This document shows, one piece after another, positions 1 to 13,539 of a stretch of DNA of 48,987 nt. Both the position numbers and the translations under genes were made by a program. A model generated the notes under the pieces. It saw only the letters and a list, made by a program, of their open reading frames with translations, ran no database searches and was not told the origin of the DNA. Positions within the stretch are counted from its first letter, which is position 1, and each line of letters starts with the position of its first letter. Source of the stretch: Octopus bimaculoides (taxonomy: Eukaryota); NCBI RefSeq assembly GCF_001194135.2, contig NC_068990.1, positions 6,182,485 through 6,231,471 on the forward strand. The letters are read 5' to 3'.

Positions 1-350
1 GTAAATATCATAAGATAAAGATAATAAAATGACTACACGTGTTTCATAACTAATTTTCAAATAGAAAGGAAATTTAAATCGATTAAAATCAATTAAAATT
101 ATCGAAAATAAATTCTATTAAAAAATACAGCTAATCGTCAGGTCTTAAATAGAACAATAATTATAATAAATAAATATATATATCAACCAATAATAAGTAC
201 CAAATGAATTTATATAAAATACTTATTTTATAAAGATAGAAAAATTATAAAAAATATCAAAATAATAAACATTCCATAATCATCCTTACATCCATTATAA
301 TATATGCTAACATGTATATTATATACAAAAACCAGCTTACATAAATTAGT

Positions 351-482
351 GGTTCGGCAAAAGTAACCGATAGAATAAGCACTAGGCTTGCAAAGAATAA
401 GTCCTGACGTCGGCTTGTTCGACTAAAGAGTTCCAGTATGGCCGCAGTCAAATGACTAAAACAAGCAAAAGAATAAAAGAAT
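351..482 (+). mobile_element. 3' part of tRNA-derived SINE family A
   Basis: ttcggcaaaag..accgatagaataag.actagg is the reverse complement of the 33980-34075 part of the long copy. The atggccgcagtcaaatgac..aaaagaat tail recurs at 15171-15225. Confidence 0.75.
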
Positions 483-491
483 ATACACATG

Positions 492-523
<32 letters not shown>

Positions 524-554
524 CATATACACACACTCACACACACACATATAC

Positions 555-608
<54 letters not shown>

Positions 609-732
609 GCATATGAGTGCACATACACATGCACACACACACATACACACACACATGCACACACACACACACACACGCTCACACACACATAAACAACATA
701 CACACACGCGCGCATGCACTCGCACACATGCA
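483..732. repeat. Compound (CA)n/(TA)n microsatellite
   Basis: Directly visible. Similar arrays at about 3270-3357, 3846-4560, 4870-5925, 6785-6896, 10840-10950, 14410-14517, 20985-21110, 24363-24420, 32750-33012, 38334-38411, 43094-43137 and 48941-48987. Confidence 0.97.
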
Positions 733-1887
733 TATACTAATGTTTGTTCACATACTCTAACGTAAGTATTAGTAGATATACGCTAATACTGACATGAAAT
801 GAAATCTCAAGAGGAAAATAAGAAATGAAAAATAAATAAATAGATAAATAAATAAATTCATTCTAACCTATTAAAGTTATCGATTTAGTCTAGAATGTTT
901 CTTAACTCAAAAGTTGATTTCATGCTAAGGATCATGGCGAAATATAATTACTTCAGTTATAGCATCAGTTAATTAACAGTTAACTGAAAGTCAACTCTCA
1001 AATTTTATAACTGAAATACATGGATGCTAGTGACCTTACTTGGATTTTTAGCAAACTGAAAGTTGTGGCGTGCTGTAACGCTGCCAAACCTTAAGTTGCA
1101 AATTATCATTCGTAGCTATTAATTAAATTATCCTGCCCATTTCGCTTAAAGGTTCTTTAGAATCTTCACCAACTGGCTGAGAGCATTTTATATATCTATT
1201 CTTTATATTGAAAAACCACCCTCGCCCTACAATTTACTTAGGCAATAATACAAACTTTGGAAGGCTTCCTCTTCTAGCTTGCACATGCAATAATCTGAAT
1301 TAGACTAGAGGATACGACACGATAGTATTAACTAAAATAAGATGTTAGAATATAGAAACCTCAATAAATAAGGATTTGGCAGAATTCTTAACTCTGTACC
1401 GACTGAAGATTTCTTTGGCCTTCATTTGCTTTCTTGTCAGTTTGTATCTTGAAACGTTGATAAATTTTGATAAATCTGGACGGCGTGGTTCAGAAGGAAT
1501 GGCCGAGCGCCAGGTTATATATTGCTTGCGAGAATTACTGTGAGAAAATACCCATGAATGATATTTGCATGAAAAAGAAATAGTTAAGTGTGTGCTTATG
1601 CACTTGATATCGGCAGCTGATGCTACATTTATATTCCATTGTAATCTTCAGTATGAAAGTAACTTTTAAGAAAAGAACGTTCAATAGTGATTACATTTCT
1701 TTCTTCCTTTCTTTCTTTCTTTCTTTTAGAGATTTCATTTCATTTCAATAAAATGCTTATCGTAAATGCCTGTGTGTTTAACATGCTACAACGTCTAAGG
1801 CACAGCACGATTTTCGAATCTAAATTGGCTTAGACCTTATAATACTGTGTATAACACACAGTTACACAACTACAACAAGAGTAGATA

Positions 1888-1988
1888 TTCGACCCGGGGC
1901 TATAGTAGAAGACACTTGCCGAGGGTACCATGCAGTGGGACTGAACACGGAAGCCTACGCTTGGAAAGCAAGTCTCTTATCACACAGC
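1888..1988 (-). mobile_element. SINE family A 5' part
   Basis: Reverse complement of gctgtgtgataagag..cttgc..gttcagtcccactgcatgg..ggcaagtgtcttctactatagcc, with pol III A/B-box-like motifs. Confidence 0.8.
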
Positions 1989-2589
1989 AAGCTTTGTTTT
2001 CTTTTTTTTTTTCACCAATATGCTAGTAACCTTTGTTATTTTATCAACACTGCGCCAACGAAATCAAAATAATTTAGAAACACCGGATTAATCATTTAAT
2101 TTCGTTCAAGAAAGGTAAGGGAGATAAATTCGAGTGGTAAATTTGGCAACTTGAGAAAATGACTGAGAATATGTTCTACCTGCGGCAGAAAAAATAGTTT
2201 AGTGAGTACTAATATGTTGCCTTGCACTACTTAATATCTGTGACTTATATTCTTGAATGCGAATGTTCGTTAGAGTAACGGACAACCAACAGAGATTGGT
2301 AGTTCGTACCCTGCACCAGAGATGAAATGCTCATAGATGAGACCAAATTACTGCTCTAAGCATTTGGAAGTGACACCTCCCAAATGCTTGCAACGAGGGC
2401 TTTATTGGCCTACAATTCTGAATTCAACTAACACGCTTTGCTTTTTCTGATAATTTAATCAAATAATACCAGATAATATATATAATTTTTTTTGTATATG
2501 CATAGTTAGTAAAGTGTGTTTCCTGAATACCAGTTTTTTAAATGGTGTAAACATAAACATATACTCGAACACACACACATATATACTTA

Positions 2590-2705
2590 TATACATGAAG
2601 GCATTGGTCAACTCGAAGTCACAGTAAGAGACACTTGCCCGTATTGCTCGGCGGTTGGACCAAAACTCAGAACGACGTACCAGCGAAGCGAACCTCTTAA
2701 CCACA
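2590..2705 (-). mobile_element. Diverged SINE family A-like head
   Basis: gacacttgccc and ttaaccaca match the family A head in reverse. Confidence 0.55.
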
Positions 2706-2809
2706 AATCTAATACCTGCGTCAATACGTGTGCGCACGCACGTATATGTGTATGCAATTAATGTATGTATGTATGTATGTATTATGTAGGAAGGAAGGAA
2801 GGAAGGAAG

Positions 2810-3080
2810 AAAGGCAAATGCTACTGGTAGCATGTAACTCAGTACAACCTGTCGCATGGTCGGGCTGTCGGCGACTAAACAGGCAACCCTACCGAGCCTG
2901 CTTGCTAAGGAGGGTGGTTTTCGTTGGACACCCTATAGGATGAATGACAAACTTGTCAAAAGCCAGATGAACTAAGAGTCAACGGCCATCAAACAACTGG
3001 GTGTGAGAGACCCCTAGTCTTTTGCTTAGAGATTTCTCATGGAGAAGGAAATTCCGAAATAACACCTGCCTCTTTGCAAA
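2810..3080 (+). mobile_element. Possible RTE-type 5' UTR fragment
   Basis: GC-richer structured segment ending ggagaaggaaattccga, reminiscent of RTE 5' UTRs. Based on recall only. Confidence 0.3.
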
Positions 3081-3842
3081 GCTGGAGGTCTCGCTCTTAC
3101 TTGTTTCTGGATTAATTAACTTTTGTGTGGGAGCCTTTGCGGTGTTGTACTAGATGTTATTGACTTTAAATTTCAGCAAAGATATTGCTTATATTCAATG
3201 TCTTTCACATCAAGGACAAGCTAATTTGTCAGTGATGGCCATACTTGTCTACGAGTTGACAAGCACCATGTATGTATGTATGAATGTATATATGTATGTA
3301 TGTATGTGTGTATGTATGCGTATTTCTGTGTGGGTGGGTGTGTGTGTGTGTGTGTGTACAACCAAAACTCCTCTTCTGAAATATCGATGGTACTTCTTTA
3401 AGGATGCTACTATACGGCCAACTGGAGAATTGCTACGACTCCTGGCGCAGACATAATTCAGAGCATGGTGAAATGCATAGATTGCTCATAGATTCTATTG
3501 CACCTTTCGTATAACCTTCAGTTTATCACTGGTCCAAGAGAACGAGGAGGACAGAGCCCTTCTTCTCTATGTTTCAAGTTCAGCGCAAGTCAGAAGTGAA
3601 ATTTCTTGAAACCACAAACAGCTGATCTTTCATTACAATCGTCCCTTCGGCCTATATCGTGCATTTGTGACAATGAAATACCGTTACTTTTGTAGTTTCC
3701 CTTGGTGTTGAGGGCACGCGTTGCCAATAGCATAGTCAGGAAGCAGTCGCGCGTATGCTGCCTCCGCTGCTGACGCTCTTAAAGAAGTGCCAACGATTTT
3801 TAAGAGATATGTTTGTGTTATCTTCGAAAACGAAAGATGAAC

Positions 3843-3875
<33 letters not shown>

Positions 3876-4425
3876 NNNNNNNNNNNNNNNNNNNNNNNNN
3901 NNNNNNNNNNNNNNNNNNNNNNNNNNNNNNNNNNNNNNNNNNNNNNNNNNNNNNNNNNNNNNNNNNNNNNNNNNNNNNNNNNNNNNNNNNNNNNNNNNNN
4001 NNNNNNNNNNNNNNNNNNNNNNNNNNNNNNNNNNNNNNNNNNNNNNNNNNNNNNNNNNNNNNNNNNNNNNNNNNNNNNNNNNNNNNNNNNNNNNNNNNNN
4101 NNNNNNNNNNNNNNNNNNNNNNNNNNNNNNNNNNNNNNNNNNNNNNNNNNNNNNNNNNNNNNNNNNNNNNNNNNNNNNNNNNNNNNNNNNNNNNNNNNNN
4201 NNNNNNNNNNNNNNNNNNNNNNNNNNNNNNNNNNNNNNNNNNNNNNNNNNNNNNNNNNNNNNNNNNNNNNNNNNNNNNNNNNNNNNNNNNNNNNNNNNNN
4301 NNNNNNNNNNNNNNNNNNNNNNNNNNNNNNNNNNNNNNNNNNNNNNNNNNNNNNNNNNNNNNNNNNNGTGTGTGTGTATGTATGTGTATATATATATATA
4401 AAATATATATATATAATGTATATAC

Positions 4426-4458
<33 letters not shown>

Positions 4459-4496
4459 CATATCAACGTATGCATAGATATATGTATATAAATATG

Positions 4497-4542
<46 letters not shown>

Positions 4543-4921
4543 TGCGTGTGTGTTTGTGTCTGTGTGTTCACGTACAGGTGGCTATATGGAGGCGGCTTAT
4601 GATCATAAAAAAAGATGTAGATTGATTTGCAAAAACAAGAACCAGGAACGGGAAAACAAGAAAATGTGAGCAGAAGGGAAAAAAAGAACTTTTTTAATAA
4701 AAAAAAAAACAGAATGAAGGAAACACATAAGCAGAATAACAGATAAAAATGAATATAATAAAAAAAGAAAGACATTTTAAACAATAAATATAAAGGAAAG
4801 CTAAAACAAAAAAAAATGAAAGCAATATAATATGAGATTAGTTTTAGGCCTTTGTACGTAGACTAAATAGCGCGTGCGTGTATGTGTGTGCGCGTGTGTG
4901 CGTGCGTGTGTGTGTATGTGT

Positions 4922-4960
<39 letters not shown>

Positions 4961-6069
4961 AGTGAGTGTCGTAGTCTGTATTTCGTGATTGTGTGTTAGT
5001 GTGTTGTGCTATTCCTTATGTGTGGATGTGTGTGTGTGTGTGCATATATACGTACACATATACATATATACATATCTATGTATGCGCATTTGTTTCCATG
5101 TATTTATATATCTAGCTAGCTAGTTATCCGTATATATATATACATATATAAATATATATATATATACACCTGTCTTCGTCTTATGTTTTTCTATAAAGTT
5201 CAAATATATATACGCACACACGTGTGTGTATGTATGTATGTATGTATGTATGCAGTTATACATATATTTGCATGCATGCATGTATATATCTATATCTATA
5301 TGTACATACATATATACATACATATATATATATATATATATATTCATGAATATAAACGTTTGTATTTGAGTGAATTTCTCTTTAAAATGTGCGCGCGTGT
5401 GTGTGTGCGTGTGTGTGTGGTTGAATGTGCGTATGGTGTGTGTGAGGTTATGCTTAGGTATGTGTACTTATGTCTGAATATGTATGAGTCTAAACGTGTG
5501 TGCAGGTATGTGTGTGTGTGTGTGAGTGCGTGCGCGTGCCTTCGTGCACGCAGCTATGTGTGTATGTGTATACGTGTGCGTGCGTGTACGTGTGCGTGCG
5601 TGTACGTGTGCGTGCGTGTACGTGTACGGGCGTCTACGTGTGCTTATATGTATGTGTGTATATGTGTGTGTGTGCGTGCGTGTGTTTGTATATATGTGTG
5701 TGTGTATGTGTGTCTAAATAAACAGGTAAGTGTATATGCATATATGCATGTGTATGTTTGTATGTATCGCTGAGCAAACTACACACGCGCGCGACACATA
5801 CACACACACTCACACACACACTCTTACAGACACACACACGCATTTATATATACACACACACACACACACACACTCTTACAGACACACACACGCACTTATA
5901 CACACACACACACACACACACATCGCACAGTATTATTTTCCTTGATCCGAATGGATTGATTTCCTGAGTATATTTGTTTCCTGTAGAGACTCACTCCAAG
6001 ATTAACTTGCCACAAACTACTTTCTTAAGATCTTTTTATTATTTCAGTCTATTTTGAAACAAACGGTAC

Positions 6070-6450
6070 ATCATTATTGTTGTCGTCATCGTAGTCGTCG
6101 TCGTCGTCGTCGTCGTCTGGGGTTGCCTTGTTTTTGTGTTTTGTTTAGTTGTTGTTGTTTTTGCTTTGCTGCGTTGTATTGTCTTTGTTGTTGTTCTGTT
6201 GTTTATCATAATGTCTTGTTTTGTGGTGTTGGATTCTTGTTGATTTGTTTTGCTGTGCTGTCTAATTTTGTTATATTGTCTTGTTTTGAAGTGTTTTATT
6301 GTTATTTTTTGTATTGGTTTGTTTTGTTTTCGTTGTCTTGTTTTTTTTAGAGTTGTTTTCTTTTGTTGTATTCCATTGTTTTGTTTTATTGTTTCGTTTT
6401 GTGTTATGTTATGCCAACATGTTGTGTTGAGTTGTTTTGAATTGTTTTGG
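6070..6450 (+). repeat. Degenerate (TTG/TTTTG)-rich low-complexity tract
   Basis: Almost entirely T and G, preceded by (GTC)n. It explains the T/K/Q-rich ORFs at 6039-6521. Confidence 0.9.
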
Positions 6451-6840
6451 AAAACTAAAACAAGTGATATAATAATGACCCATGAAAGAGAACCAGCTGC
6501 AACTGACGAGATTTGAACCATGGACCCAAAGTTTTAGGATCCCATCAGTTTTAGTCTCTTTATCTTTCCTTCAATGAGGCTTCCCTTACACTTCTATGTG
6601 ATTGCTCGATCTGATAGAAATAACTATCCAATTCTTTCTCAAATCATACACCCAAATGCCTTAGAAGGGCGTATTGGCATGTTCGTCCGTTGGAGCGCCG
6701 AGGACCATCTAGAGATCCTTAAGGGTGACTGAGGAGTGGCGCGGTGGCTTTGTTTAAAGTGAAAAGAGTTGCGCACCCTAAGCCTCACTCTCTCTTTCTT
6801 TCTCTCTCTCTCTCTCTTTCTCTNNNNNNNNNNNNNNNNN

Positions 6841-6896
<56 letters not shown>

Positions 6897-7239
6897 GTCA
6901 AGACGATATGGAGACGACTGGGGATGGAAATGGGTGCAGAGGATGACCAAGGTATCTTATTTGCTTCATCTTGCTCTCCGCCCTCCATAAAGCGTTGCTG
7001 CAGCCGCATTCACTTCCGCTAATCCATGGAGGTTTCTACTGCAGAGTTCGCTGGATCCAGTTTTCCCGTGCACAAGTAGGCAAACCTCCTTAGACCACTA
7101 TTGTTCTCAGGTCTACTCTAACCCGGTATAGTAGGACCTGTCAGGAACCCAGCTATGGGTTAATTAGTGCGCATTGTAACGTCATCCTAAACATACATCA
7201 TATGGGATGATCATGGCTAGAATGCCTTTATTAATGCAG

Positions 7240-7458
7240 CAAACTGGCAGGGTCGTAAGAGATTGAAAAAATAGTTTGCTGTGTTTGTTCTATCTATTTA
7301 CATTCTGAGTTCAAATCCTAACAAGGTCGGCTCTACCTTTCAACTTTTCGGAGTCGAAAATGTAAAAGTACCAGTCAAGTACTTGGATTGATATAATCGA
7401 TTAACCTCCTACTCTTATCGTTATTGTCTTTGTGCCAAAATCTGGAGTAATTATTATT
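7240..7458 (+). mobile_element. SINE family B, diverged
   Basis: ttctgagttcaaatcc..ggtcggc..ttttcggagtcga..aagtaccagt, homologous to 29608-29825. Confidence 0.7.
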
Positions 7459-8179
7459 TTGAGATCGATAGATTTTGTCAAGCCATCGTCACGAGATGTT
7501 TAGTGAAAATTCTGATCGACTGCCGTCAAATAAAAATTAGTTCTTCATTGTTGCTGACTGGGATTGGGTCAAACAACGACGACTGTACTCTCCCATCTCA
7601 AGCAAACAAAAGAACCTCTACGTAGTTTTATATCCTACTAGATATAGCAGTCAAACTTTCCTTTGTATCACACCCCAAAGTTACTTACATGTTAGATAAT
7701 ATAGTCCTAGATGTACTCTAAAAGGCAGGCTTGCCATGACTGGATTTCATTTCAAAATAAGCCTGCTGGTGTGGGTTTAAACGACAGCTAAAACAGCCTC
7801 TTTCACCATGAATCATTACCGGAGCTTCAATGCAATCGTACGACTTTCTGTGCCTTAAATTGTGCCTCCTACCGACTTGAACACAGATGGACACATTGGA
7901 TAATCTAGTCTGAGATACTATGTATAGAGAGAGAAAAAAAACGTGATATTCACTGCTAAAGCAACTTTAAGCATCACCCAGCTCAATCAGGCTGACTTGA
8001 GGTTAAACTACAGCAACCTAATTCGCCATAGCTTCCAGGCAGAGAAAATTTTCATTGCCAAAGGAAGATGAAATGAAATTCACAATAGTTTACGACGACA
8101 GCAGGAACAATCCTACACGTAGTAACAACACTTCATTCATAGTTCCACAAATCAGTAATCCGTGGACACTAAATTCTTT

Positions 8180-8350
8180 CTATTATAGGCGCACTGCCTC
8201 AGATTTGGGGCTATATGGATCTAACTGGTATTTGTCTTTATCGACCTCGAAAGGATGAAAGGCAAAATCGACCTCAGAAGTATTTAAAGAGGTGGAAGAA
8301 ATGACGTGAAATATTTTGTCCGGTGTGAAAATGACTGGCTGCTCGCCGCA
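8180..8350 (-). mobile_element. SINE family B, diverged
   Basis: tttatcgacctcgaaaggatgaaaggcaaaatcgacctc is the reverse of the family core. Confidence 0.72.
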
Positions 8351-8949
8351 TTATCCGTGGGGATTGATTAAGTCTACCTCACAAGAACAGGATTGGCTTC
8401 TACTATAGGCTTCCATACAGTTTCTATTTACCAAATTCCATTCACAGGTCTTTGATCGGCCCAGGGGTATATAGCAGGGGTATATTTCCTACCTCTGTCA
8501 AGATACAACTAGATTGTTCCAGCAACTCATAGCTGATATTAAAGGCTTTGAATCTTTTTTTAATCGCTGGTCAAAGTCGTAACATTACAATTTCTCTGGT
8601 TCGTGAAAGAAGATCTATGATTATACTTACAGGCGCGCAAGGTGGCTTACCGTGCAATTTCTGCCAAATTCGCTCACAATTGGTCGGTCCCGGTGCTATA
8701 ATGGCCACGAGCCAGACAATGGTTGTACGATTCATCTCTTGTTTATACTTGTAGAATTATTTAATAGAAGCACACCTTGTAGTGCTTCTATTAATCAATA
8801 AAACACGTTGCCAATGCTTTCACTTTTCTATACAAATTAGAGCAAACCAATTTAGTTCTGTTTGAGTTTGTGTAGACTAAAATATTTGCGATCAGAAAAT
8901 GAGAAATTTTTTTCTCACATGATGAAAAAAAAACGCTGAAGCTAGTCAG

Positions 8950-9400
8950 GTCCATCTCGCTTTTTTATCAACAAAGAGAGAAGCATCTGGTTTAAAACAG
9001 TCTCGGCGATGCTAAAAATGTTAGTATACTGATAACGTTCTTGAAATAATTTCGAAGAAGCGATAAATTTCTTAAAACATAATCGCATTCATCTAGTAAT
9101 AACACTTTTGTGAGTCATCTTCTCATAACTCACAAACAACAGCCAGTTTAATCTCTAAGTTCATTTCCTCAAGCCTCAAAGTTTCTGCCATTTCAAGAGA
9201 GTCTAGTCTGAAGTGTATTTGCAAAACTTGATAATGATTTTATTTGTTTGTGAAAAATGATTGTTTACAAGTCGAGTATATCTGCTCGACTGGAAAACAT
9301 CAGTGTCAATTGGCTTAGTTCTAGATAATACGGATGTCTTCGTAAAAATGTTCAACCGTTCCGATGAAAGTCACTGAAGAGGAAGTTGTTTCAGCAGATG
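8950..9400 (-). mobile_element. Possible highly decayed mariner transposase relic
   Basis: Weak fragments such as KLAVVCEL (compare KLGVWVPHEL) and LLRNYFKN. No intact catalytic motif. Confidence 0.25.
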
Positions 9401-11339
9401 ATTTTTAAAAGAGCTTTGTGGTAATGGGTAGAGGGGTGTGTAAATACGACCGCAGAAAAAAAATTCATTAAGAAATGCCATGTCACAAGTGTGAAGAAAA
9501 ATGCCATTTTTGTCACGTGCAAATCATGCATCACATCAACAGGGCGCCATTATAATTATAAACCAAATCTTTAGTTTTTACGGTGGACTGGGGGGAGCTT
9601 TTTTATTGGGTGCGGGTGTTATTGGCTCATCCTTTATCTCCTTCATTCATTAATATGTGATTAACAATCAATCCATCAATGCAGGCTTTAGCTGCCAGTG
9701 GAAGCGTTGAAATTTTTATCCAAACTAATCTTGCAAAGCGGAATGATTTAGTCATTGATCCGTTCAAATGCAACATTGTAATAGCATTAACACAGCTCAG
9801 TATCCGAATTCCGGAAACATACGAAGTTGACATTCGGTATTCTGAAGAGTTGTACAAACAGCAGTCGCTAATAGTTACACACACTCTCTGGCCGCATGTA
9901 ACACGGCGCTAGAATTTCATCTCCCAACATTCTTCAATGATATTTCGGTTTAAATGGTTCTGAAACTCTTCAAGTGGCGTCAAATTTTGCTTTGCTCAAA
10001 GATTCCGCTTTTTACATCCTTCATTAATTGAAATCCAAATTAATACAGTTTCCATTTCGACGAGACCAACAACTAGCGAAATACAGAAAACATCTGATTC
10101 CACACTTGTAATGAATCCTTTCTTCGGTTGAATTTTCAGTTTTATACTTATAAAACCATCATTTCACTAAGTTTGTCTATATGCAAATGTTAATTTGGAG
10201 CCTCTAAAGAGTACAATTGATTTAGTAACAAATTTATGTAACCATACATGAACTCACACGCACACACCAGCTAGAACACACACACACGTACACATACATG
10301 CATACACACACGCACCTGTTACTGTCACATACTGTGAAATTTTATAATTACGTCAAACTTTTCAAATTTTGTATATTGAAATAATTTTCCACGTTAAATA
10401 CGATTTTGCCATGTATTTGTTCCAGAAAAAATGCAGAAAAATGTTACTGAGGTTTAAAGTTTAATCAATTTTACCTAATCAGAAAGCAGAATTTGGAAGC
10501 TAGCATTTTCTGCACGATAACATTCTATCATAAAATGAAAGCAAAATCATTACGAGGGGGAATTTTTATTAAATAAACGAAAGCAAAGCATTACGACAGC
10601 CAAAGTTATAAGAACTTCTGGAGTTTTAATAAGTTTTAATGAATAAAGTCATGTGAAACGGTCGAACAGACATGTAAATAATTTAAAAGTAAAAAAAAAA
10701 TCGTCAACGAAGTTTTTTGGTAAAAAAAATTGCACAAGAGGCCTATATGTCGGGGAAAGCATGGTTTGACATGGAATAAAGTAAAATTTATATCAGACAT
10801 TCTATTGTAAAAATTGCCCAGCAATGACGGGCTATTCCGTTAGTATATGTGTGTGTGTGCATGTGTGTGTGTGTGTGTGTGTGCGTGCGCGCGTGTGTGT
10901 GTCTCAAAATTTAGCGCATTACGTGTGTCTGTGTGTGTGTGTAGGTAAGTATGTATGTATAAATATATGTTTGCATTGGTTTTGTGAATATACAGTTGTA
11001 TTGTATAATACGTTGTACGCATATTAATACAAACATGTAAACGTAATTTATTCCACACTAAAATTATAACTACATGATGAAGGTTGCAAAACGGCAGTAA
11101 CCCTATGGATGTCAAGTGGTTGATTAAAAATATATTCACCTCTCATACTTCCTGACATTTTATAGCTTATATACTTCTCACGAGATAATTTCATCGATCT
11201 GATCTGTATTTCAGCAGCATGGACACTCTGCATTAGACTCCTCTGTATTCGATTACTATGTGATCTGTTAACCGATTCCATGCGGAGCTTTCTGTGATAG
11301 TCCCACAATACTCTGAATCTGATACTACAAATATTCAAA

Positions 11340-11440
11340 AACAGACGAGTAAACAATAAGCAGATGTATTAGTTTGATACTCGGGAAGAATGGAAAGGTC
11401 TTTGACGTTTCGAGCCTACGCTTTTCGACAGAAGAGAATG
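11340..11440 (-). mobile_element. Penelope-type terminal repeat fragment
   Basis: Minus strand reads ctgtcgaaaagcgtaggctcgaaacgtcaaag, the cgaaacgtc signature of PLE termini. A related copy lies at about 14575-14646, cut by an N gap. Confidence 0.5.
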
Positions 11441-13539
11441 AGAGGGGGAAAAATGGAGGGAGAAAGAAAAAATGGAGAGAATATATATGAATAAAACAAG
11501 TATTATTTTTTAACATAAGAGGTAAATATTTTATTTTACATATTTATGTGTATATATATATATATATATCTATATATATATATNNNNNNNNNNNNNNNNN
11601 NNNNNNNNNNNNNNNNNNNNNNNNNNNNNNNNNNNNNNNNNNNNNNNNNNNNNNNNNNNNNNNNNNNNNNNNNNNNNNNNNNNNNNNNNNNNNNNNNNNN
11701 NNNNNNNNNNNNNNNNNNNNNNNNNNNNNNNNNNNNNNNNNNNNNNNNNNNNNNNNNNNNNNNNNNNNNNNNNNNNNNNNNNNNNNNNNNNNNNNNNNNN
11801 NNNNNNNNNNNNNNNNNNNNNNNNNNNNNNNNNNNNNNNNNNNNNNNNNNNNNNNNNNNNNNNNNNNNNNNNNNNNNNNNNNNNNNNNNNNNNNNNNNNN
11901 NNNNNNNNNNNNNNNNNNNNNNNNNNNNNNNNNNNNNNNNNNNNNNNNNNNNNNNNNNNNNNNNNNNNNNNNNNNNNNNNNNNNNNNNNNNNNNNNNNNN
12001 NNNNNNNNNTCACAAGATGAATTTTATACAAACAACACAAAAAAAAAGAGAGTGAGAAGTCACATATTAAAGTATTCGTATAGAAAAACTGCTTCCATAT
12101 TAAAAAAAAAAAGTTTTGCTGAATATATTTCAGCGCATGTTATAGCCAAAAGTGTTTTTGGCTACAACATTCTACAAAATGTGCGCGTGTGTGTGCGTGT
12201 GTGCGTGTATGCGCGTATAAAACTTATTTCTGTTTTTACTTAGGTACTAATATATACGTTTTAAAATTCACATTTAATAGATATTTTCCATAATGATTAT
12301 TGCATAATTCTTTTGTTTTTATTTTCAAATGTGCATGAACTCTTCTCCGGTGTGTCAGAAGATAAATGCAAGAATTTGGGTGCACTTTTCCCAAAATTAT
12401 GATTCTTATCATCGTGTGTGAAAGATGAACGAAGAACAGTGATTAAAATTGTAAAGAAATATTTATTTACCGTTACTTTAATATATGCCATGCCACGACG
12501 GGTAGGTTAGCGTAATGGTATAACAGTTCGTAAAGCACACAAAGTAAAGAAAATTAATTTCGACCTGTATATGTGTGTACACAAACTCATAGTAGTATAT
12601 AGAGAGAGATATGGTAATGTTACAAAGAAAAGAAAGTGAATTAGTGAAAGTGAGAATGGTGGGACGAAACAACTGCTTCGTTGATGAGTGATCATAGTTG
12701 TCTCTTTGTACCTTTTCCTTCAGAGACGGTGTTTTGTTCAGCCGGTCAGCCAGACTCGGTTCTCACTAGCTGACTTTGGCTTACGGAGTTCTTGTTTTTA
12801 TAATTATCCAAAACCAACCAGAAGGATAGACATATTGTTGAGAACAATAGATTTCGTTGGCGGTTTGTTATCTCTATTCTAGCTTTTGATGGCCTAGAAG
12901 AGGAAAGATGTGGCAAGTGGCAAAGACATTATTCTGCTTAGTGAAGGCATCTAGCAAATGTAACTGCTGTCACTCAAAGAGAAACTATTGTTTACCGTGA
13001 GAAAAGTGTTGTTGAACTGTTAAGTGAAAATTGGCTATCGAGGATCGAATCCACGCTATGCCTGCATGAAGCCACTAAATTATTATTACTATTATTATTA
13101 TTATTATTACATATATATATAATACATGTGTTATAATGTGTGAGAGAGAAGAAAAGAGTCTGTGTGACTGCGAGTGTGCATGTATGCTTCCTTGGGATTT
13201 ATTAATTTTATTAATTTTCCTTTGCAGAATTCAAACCAGTCGCTAACAAAGTGACAAGGCTCTTTTGTTAAAGACGGCTCCAGTGAGTTTCTGGTTATCG
13301 GAATTGGTTGGTGTCTGTGCATATATGGGTGTGTTTGGGTATATTCCATGTGTATATGTGATTGTAAGCATACGATCAACCCTAGAGAATCCCCAAGATG
13401 TTTTACACATTTTTTGCTAATCGACAGTATTAAAATTCGAGTCAGTTTGCTCTTTTCTTTCCTGAATAACCCCAGCATTTCTAGTTTTTGCGTAGCTCAA
13501 GGCACCAAAAATAATAGGCACAAATGAAAACCTATAGCT

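Noticed and set aside
257-733. ORFs rich in CV, YI or HT repeats (also at 5120-5967, 20891-21226, 32602-33073 and elsewhere)
   Set aside because: Translations of (CA)n/(TA)n microsatellites; no coding signal.
8640-8745. Minus-strand MNRTTIVWLVAIIAPG with two gtaag donors nearby
   Set aside because: No recognisable homology and no downstream exon identified.
9620-10150. Sequence with faint hAT/Charlie transposase flavour
   Set aside because: I could not recover a convincing motif in any frame.
12688-12882. ORF containing LADFGL after a good acceptor (ttttccttcag at 12722)
   Set aside because: No other kinase motifs (HRD, APE), an in-frame stop follows, and no partner exons were found.
13228-13282. 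55-nt segment with strong acceptor and gtgagt donor
   Set aside because: Stops in all three frames and no linked exons. It could only be non-coding, and that is unsupported without RNA data.
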